Assembly: GCA_039024915.1 (NCBI GenBank)
Contig: JBCCPK010000008.1
Location: 57,587-121,586, forward strand
Reading direction: 5' to 3'
DNA length: 64,000 bases
DNA from: Pseudomonadota bacterium
Lineage (GTDB): Bacteria; Pseudomonadota; Alphaproteobacteria; Rhizobiales; MH13
The position numbers and the translations under genes were made by a program. This document shows, one piece after another, positions 48,414 through 57,803 of the stretch (positions are counted from its first letter, which is position 1; every line of letters starts with the position of its first letter). The notes under the pieces were generated by a model. The model had not been told where the DNA came from and searched no databases. It saw only the letters and a program-made list of their open reading frames with translations.

Positions 48414-49692
48414 GTTCGGGAAATCGCAGCGAAACCGTCAGCCCTTGCCCGTTAGGACCATCGGCAAGCGACAGAGTTGCCCCGTGAAGATCGGCGACAG
48501 CGCGAACAAGCGACAGGCCGAGGCCGAAGCCCTCGCCCTGACGGGTTGTCTCTCGTTGGTAAAGCGGCTGCAGGACTTTTTCGCGCTCAGCAAAGGGGAT
48601 GCCCGGCCCATCATCGCTTACCGAAATATGCGTGCCAAAAACACGTATCCGCACCGTCTTACCACCAACGCCGTGGCGAAGGGCGTTCTGCAGAAGGTTG
48701 GCAAAAAGCTGGACCAACATGTCATCATCCCCGCTGATCGCTGCAGCGTCTGCCGCTTCGACCTGAAGAACCCTACCGTTTGCCTCAACGACCGGTCGGA
48801 AGGTCTCCTCAAGACGGCGTATCAAGTCCATGAGATTAACTTCGGCGAACGCCTCGCGCCCCGCCCCACTCTCAATGCGCGCCAAGCGCAGCAGGGCTTC
48901 AAACGTCGCCGTGATCTGATCGATTTGCTCAAGCGCCTGTCCCAGTTCATCCTCGCTTACCGCCCTTCTTTCTTCGGCGAGGCGGACGAGGCTCGTCTCC
49001 AGCTTTGCGCGCAAGCGTGCCAGCGGCGTACGGAGATCGTGGGCGATGTTCGATGATTGCACACGCATCTGGGTCATCGCGTCTTCGAGCCGTTCGGCGG
49101 TCATGTCGATCCGTTTGGCGAGCAGAGACAGGTCATCCTTCGGCCCGGAAAGATTGATGCGTGTGTTGAGCTGGCCTTGTGCAATTCGTGCCAAACCCAG
49201 GTTGATCGCACCAAGCCGCGCCTGACTGCGACGCGCGAGCCACAGCCCAGCAAAGGCACTGGCAATCAGCGTGGCGAAAAACGTCAACTGCATCCCACCG
49301 GCTAGGATGTCGCGAAGCTCTTCCTGCCTTTCGGTGTTCTCACCCAATCGGATTTGGCCCTGTGGGCTCATGCGAACCAAGTAGCGGAATTCGATGCTAC
49401 GCGGCGCGGCGCTGTCGATCGTCTTAAAGCCCTCAGCAAACGATCCGTTGGTCATTTCGGCGGTCTGCCCAACCCCTGGGTCCGGCAGAGCTTCCCCTCG
49501 CGCCAGGGCCTGCTGCGCAACCTGCATGCGCATGATCAGCCGCTCATCAACCGCACGCAGCATCTCGCGCTGAACAAGCCAGTAAGTCCCACCCCAGGCG
49601 ACGAGGGTTATCAATGAAAACAGGCACAGCAGCCAGAGCGTGTGCCGAACCGCGGAAAGGCTTAGCGTCGCTCTAGCGCGGTCGAAAAACAT
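48400..49692 (-). CDS. Sensor histidine kinase (HAMP, CusS/CopS-like)
   Basis: Two TM segments, AHDLRTPL, NLLQNALRH, DDGPGI, GFGLGLSLV. Confidence 0.94.
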   Translation of the reverse strand: MFFDRARATLSLSAVRHTLWLLCLFSLITLVAWGGTYWLVQREMLRAVDERLIMRMQVAQQALARGEALPDPGVGQTAEMTNGSFAEGFKTIDSAAPRSIEFRYLVRMSPQGQIRLGENTERQEELRDILAGGMQLTFFATLIASAFAGLWLARRSQARLGAINLGLARIAQGQLNTRINLSGPKDDLSLLAKRIDMTAERLEDAMTQMRVQSSNIAHDLRTPLARLRAKLETSLVRLAEERRAVSEDELGQALEQIDQITATFEALLRLARIESGAGREAFAEVNLMDLIRRLEETFRPVVEANGRVLQVEAADAAAISGDDDMLVQLFANLLQNALRHGVGGKTVRIRVFGTHISVSDDGPGIPFAEREKVLQPLYQRETTRQGEGFGLGLSLVRAVADLHGATLSLADGPNGQGLTVSLRFPELTKL

Positions 49693-50350
49693 ACCCCGCC
49701 CCGCGAATGGTTCGGATCAATGTATCGCCAAATGGCTTCTCAATTTTGCCACGCAGCCTGCTGATGTGCGTTTCCACCACGCTCGTGGTGGGGTCGAAAT
49801 GCATGTCCCAAACCTTTTCAAGCAGCATGGTCCGTGTCTGAACGCGGCCGTTCGACCGCATGAATACTTCCAGCAATTGAAACTCTTTTGGATTGAGGTC
49901 GATGGCCTGGCCCTGCCGGATACAAGTCCGCTTGTGCAGATCAATCGACATGTCACCTTTGGTAAGCTCTGAGGACCGCTCTTGGTTTCCAGTCTGCCTG
50001 CGCGTGATGACCTCTATACGTGCAAGCAATTCGCTGAAGGCGAAGGGCTTCGTCAGATAGTCATCGCCGCCCGCAAGGAGACCTTCAACGCGATCATCAA
50101 CGTCCCCTTGGGCGGTGACGAAGATTGCCGGCGCAGCGATTTTCGCTTGGCGTAGTGACTTCAGAACAGACAACCCATCAAGGCCAGGAACCATCCGGTC
50201 GAGAACGAACACGTCGTAGTCGTGCCGCATGGCCGCCGCCAGCGCCTGCTTCCCATCAGCGAACAGATCGACGACGTGCCCCGCTTCGGTCAGCCCCTTT
50301 TCCATCCACGGCCCAAGGGTCCCGTCATCTTCAAGAACCAGCAACCGCAT
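49673..50350 (-). CDS. OmpR-family response regulator (CusR/CopR-like)
   Basis: MRLLVLEDD, LDRMVPGLDG, DDYLTKPF, VVETHISRLR, TIRGAGY. Confidence 0.95.
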   Translation of the reverse strand: MRLLVLEDDGTLGPWMEKGLTEAGHVVDLFADGKQALAAAMRHDYDVFVLDRMVPGLDGLSVLKSLRQAKIAAPAIFVTAQGDVDDRVEGLLAGGDDYLTKPFAFSELLARIEVITRRQTGNQERSSELTKGDMSIDLHKRTCIRQGQAIDLNPKEFQLLEVFMRSNGRVQTRTMLLEKVWDMHFDPTTSVVETHISRLRGKIEKPFGDTLIRTIRGAGYVFRPR

Positions 50351-51671
50351 GGGTGAGACCTTTTCTCCCGGCAATCCATTGTTGAGCCACATTCAACACT
50401 GGCTGCCCGATATAGATCAGATCGTTGATGCCGTATGCACCACGGAAGTCAAAGCGTTCGGTGTGGACGCGCCCGTTCATACCAGCAGCTATCCAGACTG
50501 TTTTCACCAGCGTTTTCAGGCCTTCGGGTCCACACAAGTAGACCTGCGTGTCTCTCGCCATCGCCCGGACGATGCTCGCCAAGCGGCCTTCGGTCAAACG
50601 CTCGCCGCCACTATCAAACAGCACGACAAGATCCACTTGCGGCAAACGAGCTGCGTGCCGCTCCACATCATTGATTGCTCCGGCACTCTCGCGCGAGCGA
50701 ATGCAGTAGATCAGCGTGACGCGTGGGCCGCTATCGGGCTGCATATGCTCGAGGGACGCTAGGAACGGCGTAATACCAACGCCACCAGCTACCCAAAGCT
50801 GCTCGCTCCGCTTTACACCGATCTGGGGCAGGAACCGTCCGGCACCTCCGCCGAGCCGCAACTCGTCGCCGATTGAAACGTTGCGAACGAAATCGCTGGT
50901 CCAATCGCCTGCAGCGCGAATGATAAAGCGGCGAGACGACCCATCTCCTCCCGCGATCGTGAACGGGTGCGGTTCGGCTCGAGCATGATTATTCGCCAGC
51001 GTTGCGAACTGGCCTGGTCGAAAAGCCAGCAATGGCGCAGGCGCAACTGCTCGAAGCGTCACATCCATACCGCCGTCGAAGGGTTCGGCGCGTTCAACAG
51101 TCACCAGCCGCGTGGGCGTCCGCTTGCGCAACAACGTCTGGGCCCAGGCCGCCAATCCGATGGCCGAAACGATCGCCATAAGCGTCCACGGAGCAGCACC
51201 CACAGCAAGCGGGCTTGCAACAAAAAAGGTATGGTAGGCCGCGAGCAGGAAGATGGGACCCATCAACATGTGGCTCGCCTTCCACACGTGATAGGGGATC
51301 GCGCGCACCAAGGCGGCCGCTGTCATGATGATCAGCCCAAAGGCCGCGACGGTACCGACGCCCTCCCCACTTTCGGCCAGCATCGGTAAAACCCCAGCGC
51401 CAACCGATGACGCCAGTGCCCAGTGGCCCAACGCGCCGCCAAGGGCCAAGAAACCAAGCCAGCGGTGGGCCACGTAAGACTTGTCAGGTCCACCCATCAG
51501 CCAGTCGACGATCCGCCATCGCGCCGCGAGGATCAGTGTCAGCGCCATGGATGACATGGACAGGGCGCCGAGGCCTGCTGGGAGAATGTTTACGAGGGGA
51601 ACAAATGGCGCGACAAAAGCGATATGGGCCAAGACGAACGTGACCGCGATCACGATGGGTCTTTTCGACAT
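50331..51671 (-). CDS. Ferric reductase-like transmembrane oxidoreductase (heme, FAD/NAD-binding)
   Basis: TM His pairs (HRWLG..GHW, SHML..YHT), FRPGQF, HPFTIA, AGGVGITPF, YLCGP, HTERFDFR. Confidence 0.9.
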   Translation of the reverse strand: MSKRPIVIAVTFVLAHIAFVAPFVPLVNILPAGLGALSMSSMALTLILAARWRIVDWLMGGPDKSYVAHRWLGFLALGGALGHWALASSVGAGVLPMLAESGEGVGTVAAFGLIIMTAAALVRAIPYHVWKASHMLMGPIFLLAAYHTFFVASPLAVGAAPWTLMAIVSAIGLAAWAQTLLRKRTPTRLVTVERAEPFDGGMDVTLRAVAPAPLLAFRPGQFATLANNHARAEPHPFTIAGGDGSSRRFIIRAAGDWTSDFVRNVSIGDELRLGGGAGRFLPQIGVKRSEQLWVAGGVGITPFLASLEHMQPDSGPRVTLIYCIRSRESAGAINDVERHAARLPQVDLVVLFDSGGERLTEGRLASIVRAMARDTQVYLCGPEGLKTLVKTVWIAAGMNGRVHTERFDFRGAYGINDLIYIGQPVLNVAQQWIAGRKGLTHAVAGS

Positions 51672-51737
51672 TGGGGGCTCCAGCTTTAAACTGAAGCAAA
51701 ACTAGGCGCTCAATCTCAAGCCAGCCTTTTCGCAACT

Positions 51738-51751
51738 ATACAATTCTGTAA
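51738..51751. promoter_or_regulatory. cop-box-like site upstream of the reductase-RR-HK operon
   Basis: Minus strand TTACAGAATTGTAT, about 70 nt upstream of the ATG at 51671. Confidence 0.55.
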
Positions 51752-52218
51752 ACTCAATGGTGGAGAAATTGGAAGCCGCCACCTTGGTTACCCTCGTCAC
51801 CGCCAGCAAGTGGCAGGAGGTTAGCGGCGACTTTGATTTTCGCACGCAAAACGTGCGCAAGGGGACCGTTAAGGGGCCTTCTACGGGTGCCTTCCAAAAA
51901 ACTGGTTCTTGGAAGATTCGCTGTTGCGCAGGTGCCTGACACAGCCACGCGCCGTTCAAGTCGAACGCCGAACAGCGTATGACCTGCAGGATTCTAGGAC
52001 GATTTGGGCGGCAACCTAAAGCTTCGCGAATTGAGGCAGTTTCTGGCAGCATGGCACAACCGGTTTTCAGAATAACCAGCCTTGGTCAGCCCGAGCAACC
52101 GTGTCGCGTCCGCATTCCCCAGGCAGCTCGCAAACGTCTCTGCTGAGTATCTAAAGACCGCAACCGGGCATCGGAATTTTGGCGCGAGCGTCCGCTCTTG
52201 ACCGCACCTTCTTTCTAG

Positions 52219-52236
52219 CCTCAAGTATAGTTGAGG
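52219..52236. promoter_or_regulatory. SoxR box
   Basis: CCTCAAGTATAGTTGAGG versus E. coli CCTCAAGTTAACTTGAGG, immediately upstream of soxR. Confidence 0.85.
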
Positions 52237-52252
52237 TTAGGGAGGATTTTAT

Positions 52253-52684
52253 ATGCCGGTCAGAGCGTTATCCGTTGGCCAAGTAGCCGCGAGAAGTGGG
52301 TTGCCCGTTTCCACCCTGCATTTCTACGAAGAGAAAGGGCTGATCAGTTCTGAACGCAATGCAGCAAACCACCGGATCTACCAACGTGAGGTTTTGCGCA
52401 GGATTGCGATCATCAAGGTGGCGCAAACGGCAGGCATCTCGCTTGCGGACATCAAGCAGAGCCTTTCAGTGCTTCCGGCAGAGAAGTCGCCCAGTATCGA
52501 AGAGTGGGGCGAGCTTTCAGCGGCCTGGCGCGATGACCTGACACGGCGGATCGATCAACTGACATCGCTCCGCGATAAAATGACCGACTGCATCGGATGC
52601 GGTTGCCTCAGCATCTCAAAATGCGCGCTCTTCAATGACGACGACCATCTGGCCGGTCGCGGGGCCGGTGCTCACTTGCTTTAG
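52253..52684 (+). CDS. soxR: Redox-sensitive transcriptional activator SoxR
   Basis: MerR HTH (STLHFYEEKGLI); [2Fe-2S] motif CIGCGCLSISKC. Confidence 0.96.
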   Translation: MPVRALSVGQVAARSGLPVSTLHFYEEKGLISSERNAANHRIYQREVLRRIAIIKVAQTAGISLADIKQSLSVLPAEKSPSIEEWGELSAAWRDDLTRRIDQLTSLRDKMTDCIGCGCLSISKCALFNDDDHLAGRGAGAHLL

Positions 52685-52718
52685 CGCCTCACCTTTGGAG
52701 CGATGGAGCTTGACGCAA

Positions 52719-53637
52719 CTAAATGCGCATCTCGCCCACGCATACCTCAACGCAGAACCCGCGAATGCGTACCGGGCCACAAGGCGCCAAGACCCTTACG
52801 CCTATCTCGCTGCGGCGTCCCATCTCAAGGCCCTGAACAATTTCAAGCTCGGCACGAGCGATGCCCATCGCATCGGCCAACAACGCGCCCAGCGCCGCTG
52901 ATGCACTACCCGTCGCTGGATCCTCGGGCAGATGGCCCAGAGGGGGAGAGAACACGAGACTGAACGGCGATCTCCGCTCCCTTGCTTTCGACGACTACGA
53001 AAGCGCAAATGGCAAAGTCATCGACTGTTTGGGGACCCTTTGCTGCCGCTTCCTTGAAAGCCTGAACATCGCAGGTAACGGATGCGAGCGCATCAGCACT
53101 GTCGAGTTCCACGAAGGCGAAGGGCAACCCAACGGACGCCACGATAGGTGGGAGGCGGGTGTTCCCAATCTGCCCCTTGGATAGGCCAAGGCACCTCGCC
53201 ACCATTTGAGGGTCAACGGGACCCAGTCTTTCCAACGCTTGCGGTGCCTCGATCTCGGCCCCAACGACCGTTCCATCCTCCCAAGTCGGCCAAACCGATA
53301 CGTCGCCGCCCATTTCATCGAACACAGCCTCTCTTGGAAGAGGTTGCACCGCGGCTGTCACCTCACGGCCCATCACAAAGGCGGTGCCAATGTTTGGATG
53401 GCCTGCAAAAGGGATCTCCGTAGATGGGGTGAAAATCCGGACCTGTGCGGCGTGTGCGTCCGACGCAGGCGGCAAGATAAAGGTTGTCTCGGAGAAACCG
53501 AACTCGCACGCTACGTTCTGCATCTCTTCGGGGCTCAGAACACGTGCGTCATGAATGACGGCAACAGGGTTCCCCGCGAAACGCTTTCGCGTGAACACAT
53601 CGACGATGCTGTACGTCACCTTCTTTTCGTTCATCAT
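52719..53637 (-). pseudogene. phzF: PhzF-family epimerase, frameshifted near 52955
   Basis: VDVFT..FAGNPVAV and EIPFAGHP lie in one frame; the C-terminal EDPATGSASAALG..QGLEMGRRS lies in another frame (ORF 52719..52955). Confidence 0.82.
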
Positions 53638-53808
53638 TGATAATGAGGTTTTCAGGCGGGGTTGGTGGCAAGCCACATGGACCGCTTCATTGGCTCGCCC
53701 TTTCTTTTCTGCCAAGCCTGGGTGCAAGCAAATCATCTAACTTGAGCCCTGCCATCAGCACGATGGTATAGGCGAACAACAGTTGGTCGATCGAGAAAGG
53801 CGAACCAG

Positions 53809-54420
53809 TTGTCAAAATGCGTCATGCTCGATGTTGACGGCGTTCTTGTTGATGGCCGGCCCAGCGATGGACGCCGATGGGACCATTCGCTGTTTGAGGA
53901 TCTGGGCGTTTCATCTCAAGCTCTTGTGAGTGAGTTCTTTGCCGCAGACTGGTCCTCGATTGTCGTGGGCGAAAAGGAGCTCTTGCCCGCACTTGAAAGA
54001 ACCATGGCCAAGATCGCGCCCAGCGTTAAAGCGACGGACTTGGTAGACTACTGGTTCAGGATGGATTCTCGCATTGTCGAGGCCGTTCTTGCAGACTGCC
54101 GACGACTAAGGCGAATGGGCGTCCCGATCTATCTTGCAACAAACCAGGAGCGCATGAGGGCGCGATACCTGATGGAAGACATGCAGCTTTCGCAGGAAGT
54201 GAATGGGATTGTGTTTTCCGGCCAGCTGGGTTTTCGCAAACCGCAGGCTGAATTCTTCCGCCGGGCCGCAAAGGCCATTGGCCATGACCCTGATCAGCTT
54301 TTGCTGATCGATGATACCATCGCAAATGTTGACCGTGCGCGCGCAGCGGGCTGGCAAGCCGTCCATTGGGATGGCTCATCAACCTTGTTGGAGATAGTTG
54401 AGGGTTTCATCAGACTGTAA
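53809..54420 (+). CDS. HAD-IA family hydrolase
   Basis: MLDVDGVL, LATNQ, KPQAEFF, IDDTIANV. Confidence 0.9.
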   Translation: MSKCVMLDVDGVLVDGRPSDGRRWDHSLFEDLGVSSQALVSEFFAADWSSIVVGEKELLPALERTMAKIAPSVKATDLVDYWFRMDSRIVEAVLADCRRLRRMGVPIYLATNQERMRARYLMEDMQLSQEVNGIVFSGQLGFRKPQAEFFRRAAKAIGHDPDQLLLIDDTIANVDRARAAGWQAVHWDGSSTLLEIVEGFIRL

Positions 54421-54516
54421 ACACTCAGGTGCGGGGAAAGTCGGCCGCGTTACGCTGCCCGACGAACGCAAGGGACTGGCATCGACGTTACTGGGCACAA
54501 CGCTCTTCTCCGGCAG

Positions 54517-55788
54517 CTAGCCATCTCCGAAACCTTTGCGCAGATCCTTCCATATCACCGCGGTGAGAACCAAGACCGCCACGCCGCCCGCCAAGAAGGG
54601 AGCCAGCAGAGCGGTCTCGCGCGCCGCGAACCCTTCGACCATCCGGACAAGCAGGCCTGAACCGAGGAGACCAAGAGACATCATTCCCCAGGAAAGCAGC
54701 CGATAGATGCCGTTCACTCGACCGAGCAGGTGGTCGGGGATGGTCCGCTGCTTGTATGAGATCGAAACTACATTCCAAAAGACGCTGCTGAACTCGAAGA
54801 ACATGAGGACGAAAGCAAGAGTGAGCCCATCGGGCGCAAAGCAGATGCCCGCAAACGCGATGGCGGAAGCCAGCGACGACCATTGCGCCGTCCGGCCTGG
54901 GCCGAGATTTCTGATCACCCGCTCGGCAATGAAGCCAGCAGCGACGCCAGCGCCAGCGCCCGCCGCAAGAACGAGGCCGTAGAACCGAGCGTCGAGCCCA
55001 AGGTTCTCCTGCACATGCAGAATGAGGGCGATGATAACCATCTGATGGAAGAAGTTCCAAACGGCCGTCGCCCAAGCCAGAACCCGCAAGAAGTGGCTCT
55101 GGCGAAGAACGTCGAAACCTTCGCCAAGCTCCTCTTTCCAATTCCGCTCAGCCCGCTGAGCGGGCGTAAATTGACCCTTTAGGGTGTGAAGCACCCCTAG
55201 GGCGGCCAGGACCAAAAGCGCGTTCGCCGCGAACGGAACCCATACGATCCATGCAATCAAGAACGCGCCAACGGCTGGACCGAGCATGGCGTTGCCAACC
55301 AACTCTGCGGAATAGAGCCGCGCGTTGGCACGCTCCAGATCGGCTTCGGGCACGATCGCGGGGAGTATCGATTGCGTCGCGGTGTCGCGAAACACCTCCG
55401 CAGCTCCAATGGGGACGGCGCAGGCAACCAGAATTGCAAATAGGGTGGGTTCGCTTGTTCCGCTGTTTGTTGGTGGTTGAAACGGCTGCGCCATCCAAAC
55501 CGAAACTGCAGCCAGACCGAAGCCGACGGTGCGTAGCGCATCCATGGCGAGGATCAGCCGCCTGCGGTCTGTGCGATCGACGATGAGGCCGGCAGGGATC
55601 GAAAGCAGTAGCCACGGAATACGAAGCGCCACCGGTAAGATCGCCACTAGGATGGGGTCTCGCGTCAGCAGAGAGGCGAGCCAAGCCCAAACGACCAGCG
55701 CAATCCCGTCCGCAACATTGCTTAAGCCAGTTGCACTGATCAGTTTGGCAAGGGCGGTTCGTGAAGAGGTCGGCTGGTTTGGAGGCAT
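54517..55788 (-). CDS. MFS transporter (DHA3-like exporter)
   Basis: About 12 TM; GLIVDRTDRRRL, LERANARL, LLGRVNG. Confidence 0.92.
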   Translation of the reverse strand: MPPNQPTSSRTALAKLISATGLSNVADGIALVVWAWLASLLTRDPILVAILPVALRIPWLLLSIPAGLIVDRTDRRRLILAMDALRTVGFGLAAVSVWMAQPFQPPTNSGTSEPTLFAILVACAVPIGAAEVFRDTATQSILPAIVPEADLERANARLYSAELVGNAMLGPAVGAFLIAWIVWVPFAANALLVLAALGVLHTLKGQFTPAQRAERNWKEELGEGFDVLRQSHFLRVLAWATAVWNFFHQMVIIALILHVQENLGLDARFYGLVLAAGAGAGVAAGFIAERVIRNLGPGRTAQWSSLASAIAFAGICFAPDGLTLAFVLMFFEFSSVFWNVVSISYKQRTIPDHLLGRVNGIYRLLSWGMMSLGLLGSGLLVRMVEGFAARETALLAPFLAGGVAVLVLTAVIWKDLRKGFGDG

Positions 55789-55828
55789 CGCGCTGCTCGA
55801 AAATAGGGACGAGCTGGCCTCCGTAAGG

Positions 55829-55846
55829 GCTCAAGTGCACTTGAGG
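55829..55846. promoter_or_regulatory. Second SoxR/MerR-type box upstream of the MFS gene
   Basis: Perfect core CTCAAGTGCACTTGAG; on the minus strand TTGCCC-19 nt-TACGGA gives MerR-type spacing. Confidence 0.7.
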
Positions 55847-56026
55847 GCAAGAGCAAAAATTGGAGGGATCACCTGCAGCGGCGATCTTGGGTGTCGCTGC
55901 CGGGTACCAGTGGCGTTCCGGCTACATTCATCGAGGCGGACCGAAACATCGGTATGCTAATCACCGGGCGATAGGCGGGCGGGCCACGCGTTCAAGGCGA
56001 TGGCCTGAAATCGGGGGACGCCGACG

Positions 56027-56260
56027 GTGGACGCAATGCACTTCCGCTGCACGGGACGACGCCTGGTCGATTACCCGAATCTATGGCGTTTCACGCGGTC
56101 ACTGTACCAGATGCCAAAGTTCAAAGAGACAGTCGAGTTCGATGAGGGTCGCTTCGGCCACTGCATCAACGACGGCGATGACAATCCCCACAGCGTTATC
56201 GGACAGCAACCCGATATCGAATGGCAAAGCGTAGAAGGGCTAGACGATTTCCACCCTTAG
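56027..56260 (+). pseudogene. C-terminal remnant of glutathionyl-hydroquinone reductase (YqjG/ECM4-like GST)
   Basis: HFRCTGRRLVDYPNLWRFTRSLYQMP..ETVEFD..NPHSVI resembles the recalled YqjG C-terminus; no N-terminal part in any upstream frame. Confidence 0.6.
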
Positions 56261-56311
56261 TCGTCGAGGGCTCACGCCAATCACCGCCGGATACCTTTTC
56301 GGTGCTTTCTT

Positions 56312-56695
56312 TCAAACAGCCTGGTCGACCACCGCCTCGAGATGCCAGATCTTGGACACAATCTTCCAGCCGTCCAGGCCTTTCAAAAACCCCAAGTGAT
56401 CGACGAATACGTTTTGATGCGCGCGGATGCGGATTTTGACCGTCGCGCTGATCGGGGACAAATAGTCGATCATGAGGATTTCGGCTTCTCGGCTTTGCCC
56501 GACGCTTGCCGGCGAGGTACGGGACCCAATGTCCCGACTGAAACTCTCGATCGGTTCGACAAAAATCTCACCCTTATCTGCATCAAACAGGTTGGAGCTT
56601 TCGTGAAAGACCGCATCAAGCTTAGCAGTATCGCAGTCGTGGATCGCATCGAAATAGGTGTCGATAGCTGTAAGAAGATCCATCTCAGTGGCCAT
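56312..56695 (-). CDS. NTF2-like / lumazine-binding-like protein
   Basis: SD GGAG; YFDAIHDCD..VFH, FVDHLGFLK..GWKIVSK; 127 aa. Confidence 0.85.
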   Translation of the reverse strand: MATEMDLLTAIDTYFDAIHDCDTAKLDAVFHESSNLFDADKGEIFVEPIESFSRDIGSRTSPASVGQSREAEILMIDYLSPISATVKIRIRAHQNVFVDHLGFLKGLDGWKIVSKIWHLEAVVDQAV

Positions 56696-56789
56696 GTGTT
56701 CATCTCCAATTTTGTTGATGCCCATGGCTTGCCACACGGATCGGGGAACAAGTACTGGCAGAAATGACATTGTCAGGTCGTTTTCTGCC

Positions 56790-57770
56790 ATGATCCCTGT
56801 TGCACCCAACACACCGTCCTCCGAACCGCTTGTTTGCGTTCTTCTGTATGATGGATTGTGCACCTTCGAATTTGGCATCGCCGTTGAGCTTTTCGCTCTC
56901 CCGCGACCGGAATTTGATGCTTGGTACCGGTTCACGACTGTCAGCGCCGAACCTGGATCTGCGCGCGCTATGGGAGGGATCACCTTTGAAGCAGAGAGCG
57001 GTTTAGAGCGCCTTGCCGAAGCGGACTTGATCCTCGTCCCCGGGTGGCGTGGCGCTGACGAAGATGTGCCCGAACAGCTGTGCACAGCACTGCAGGACGC
57101 CCACCGAAGGGGTGCTCGGATAGCATCGATCTGCTCCGGAGCCTTTGTCCTGGCCGCGTCGGGCTTGTTGGACGGCAAACGCGCGACAACCCATTGGCGC
57201 TACGCCGAAAAACTCGCCGCCAAACATCCGCAGATCACGGTCGACAGTGATGTCTTGTATGTCGAGGATGACCGCATCTACACATCTGCCGGCTCAGCCG
57301 CTGGCCTCGATTTGGGCTTGCACATTATCAGGCAAGACTATGGCGCGCGCGTCGCCGCCAGTGTTGCAAGACGCTTGGTTTTACCCGCGCAAAGAGACGG
57401 CGGACAGCGCCAGTTCATACCGCGTCCCGTGCCCGCACTGCGGGTCGGCTCGAACTTGGGGATGCTCCAGGACCGGGTGAGAAGCACTCTCGACGAGAGC
57501 TGGTCCGTCCAGCGGATGGCAAAAAGCGCCGCGATGAGCGAGCGAACGTTGGCGCGCCGCTTCGACCAGGAGGTCGGCCAGACCCCTCTCAACTGGCTCC
57601 GCTCGGAACGCGTTATCCGCGCGACCGAGCTGCTAGAAGAGGGTACGATACCCTTATCCGACATCTGGGAAGCTTGCGGCTTTGGGTCCGCGGAAAGCTT
57701 CCGACGCACCTTTCGAGAGAGGATGGGTGTTTCACCAAAGCGCTACCAAGAGCGTTTCGGCTCAGCCTGA
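56790..57770 (+). CDS. ftrA: GlxA/FtrA-family AraC regulator (DJ-1-like amidase domain)
   Basis: YDGLCTFEFGI, SICSGAF, ATTHW, TSAGSAAG, RDGGQRQF, MSERTLARRF. Confidence 0.88.
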   Translation: MIPVAPNTPSSEPLVCVLLYDGLCTFEFGIAVELFALPRPEFDAWYRFTTVSAEPGSARAMGGITFEAESGLERLAEADLILVPGWRGADEDVPEQLCTALQDAHRRGARIASICSGAFVLAASGLLDGKRATTHWRYAEKLAAKHPQITVDSDVLYVEDDRIYTSAGSAAGLDLGLHIIRQDYGARVAASVARRLVLPAQRDGGQRQFIPRPVPALRVGSNLGMLQDRVRSTLDESWSVQRMAKSAAMSERTLARRFDQEVGQTPLNWLRSERVIRATELLEEGTIPLSDIWEACGFGSAESFRRTFRERMGVSPKRYQERFGSA

Positions 57771-57803
57771 CTGCTTGAAGCGCTAAGGCCTTTGTGTCTG
57801 CCT

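Noticed and set aside
51940-51975. GTTCAAGTC as a tRNA T-loop
   Set aside because: T-stem does not pair beyond 2 bp and there is no cloverleaf.
51700-52218. Short ORFs as the divergent SoxR target
   Set aside because: No recognisable motifs or SD in any frame.
53742-53772. TTGAGC-19 nt-TATAGG promoter with internal CCATC-N5-GATGG as a third SoxR site
   Set aside because: The inverted repeat does not resemble the SoxR box and is short enough to be chance.
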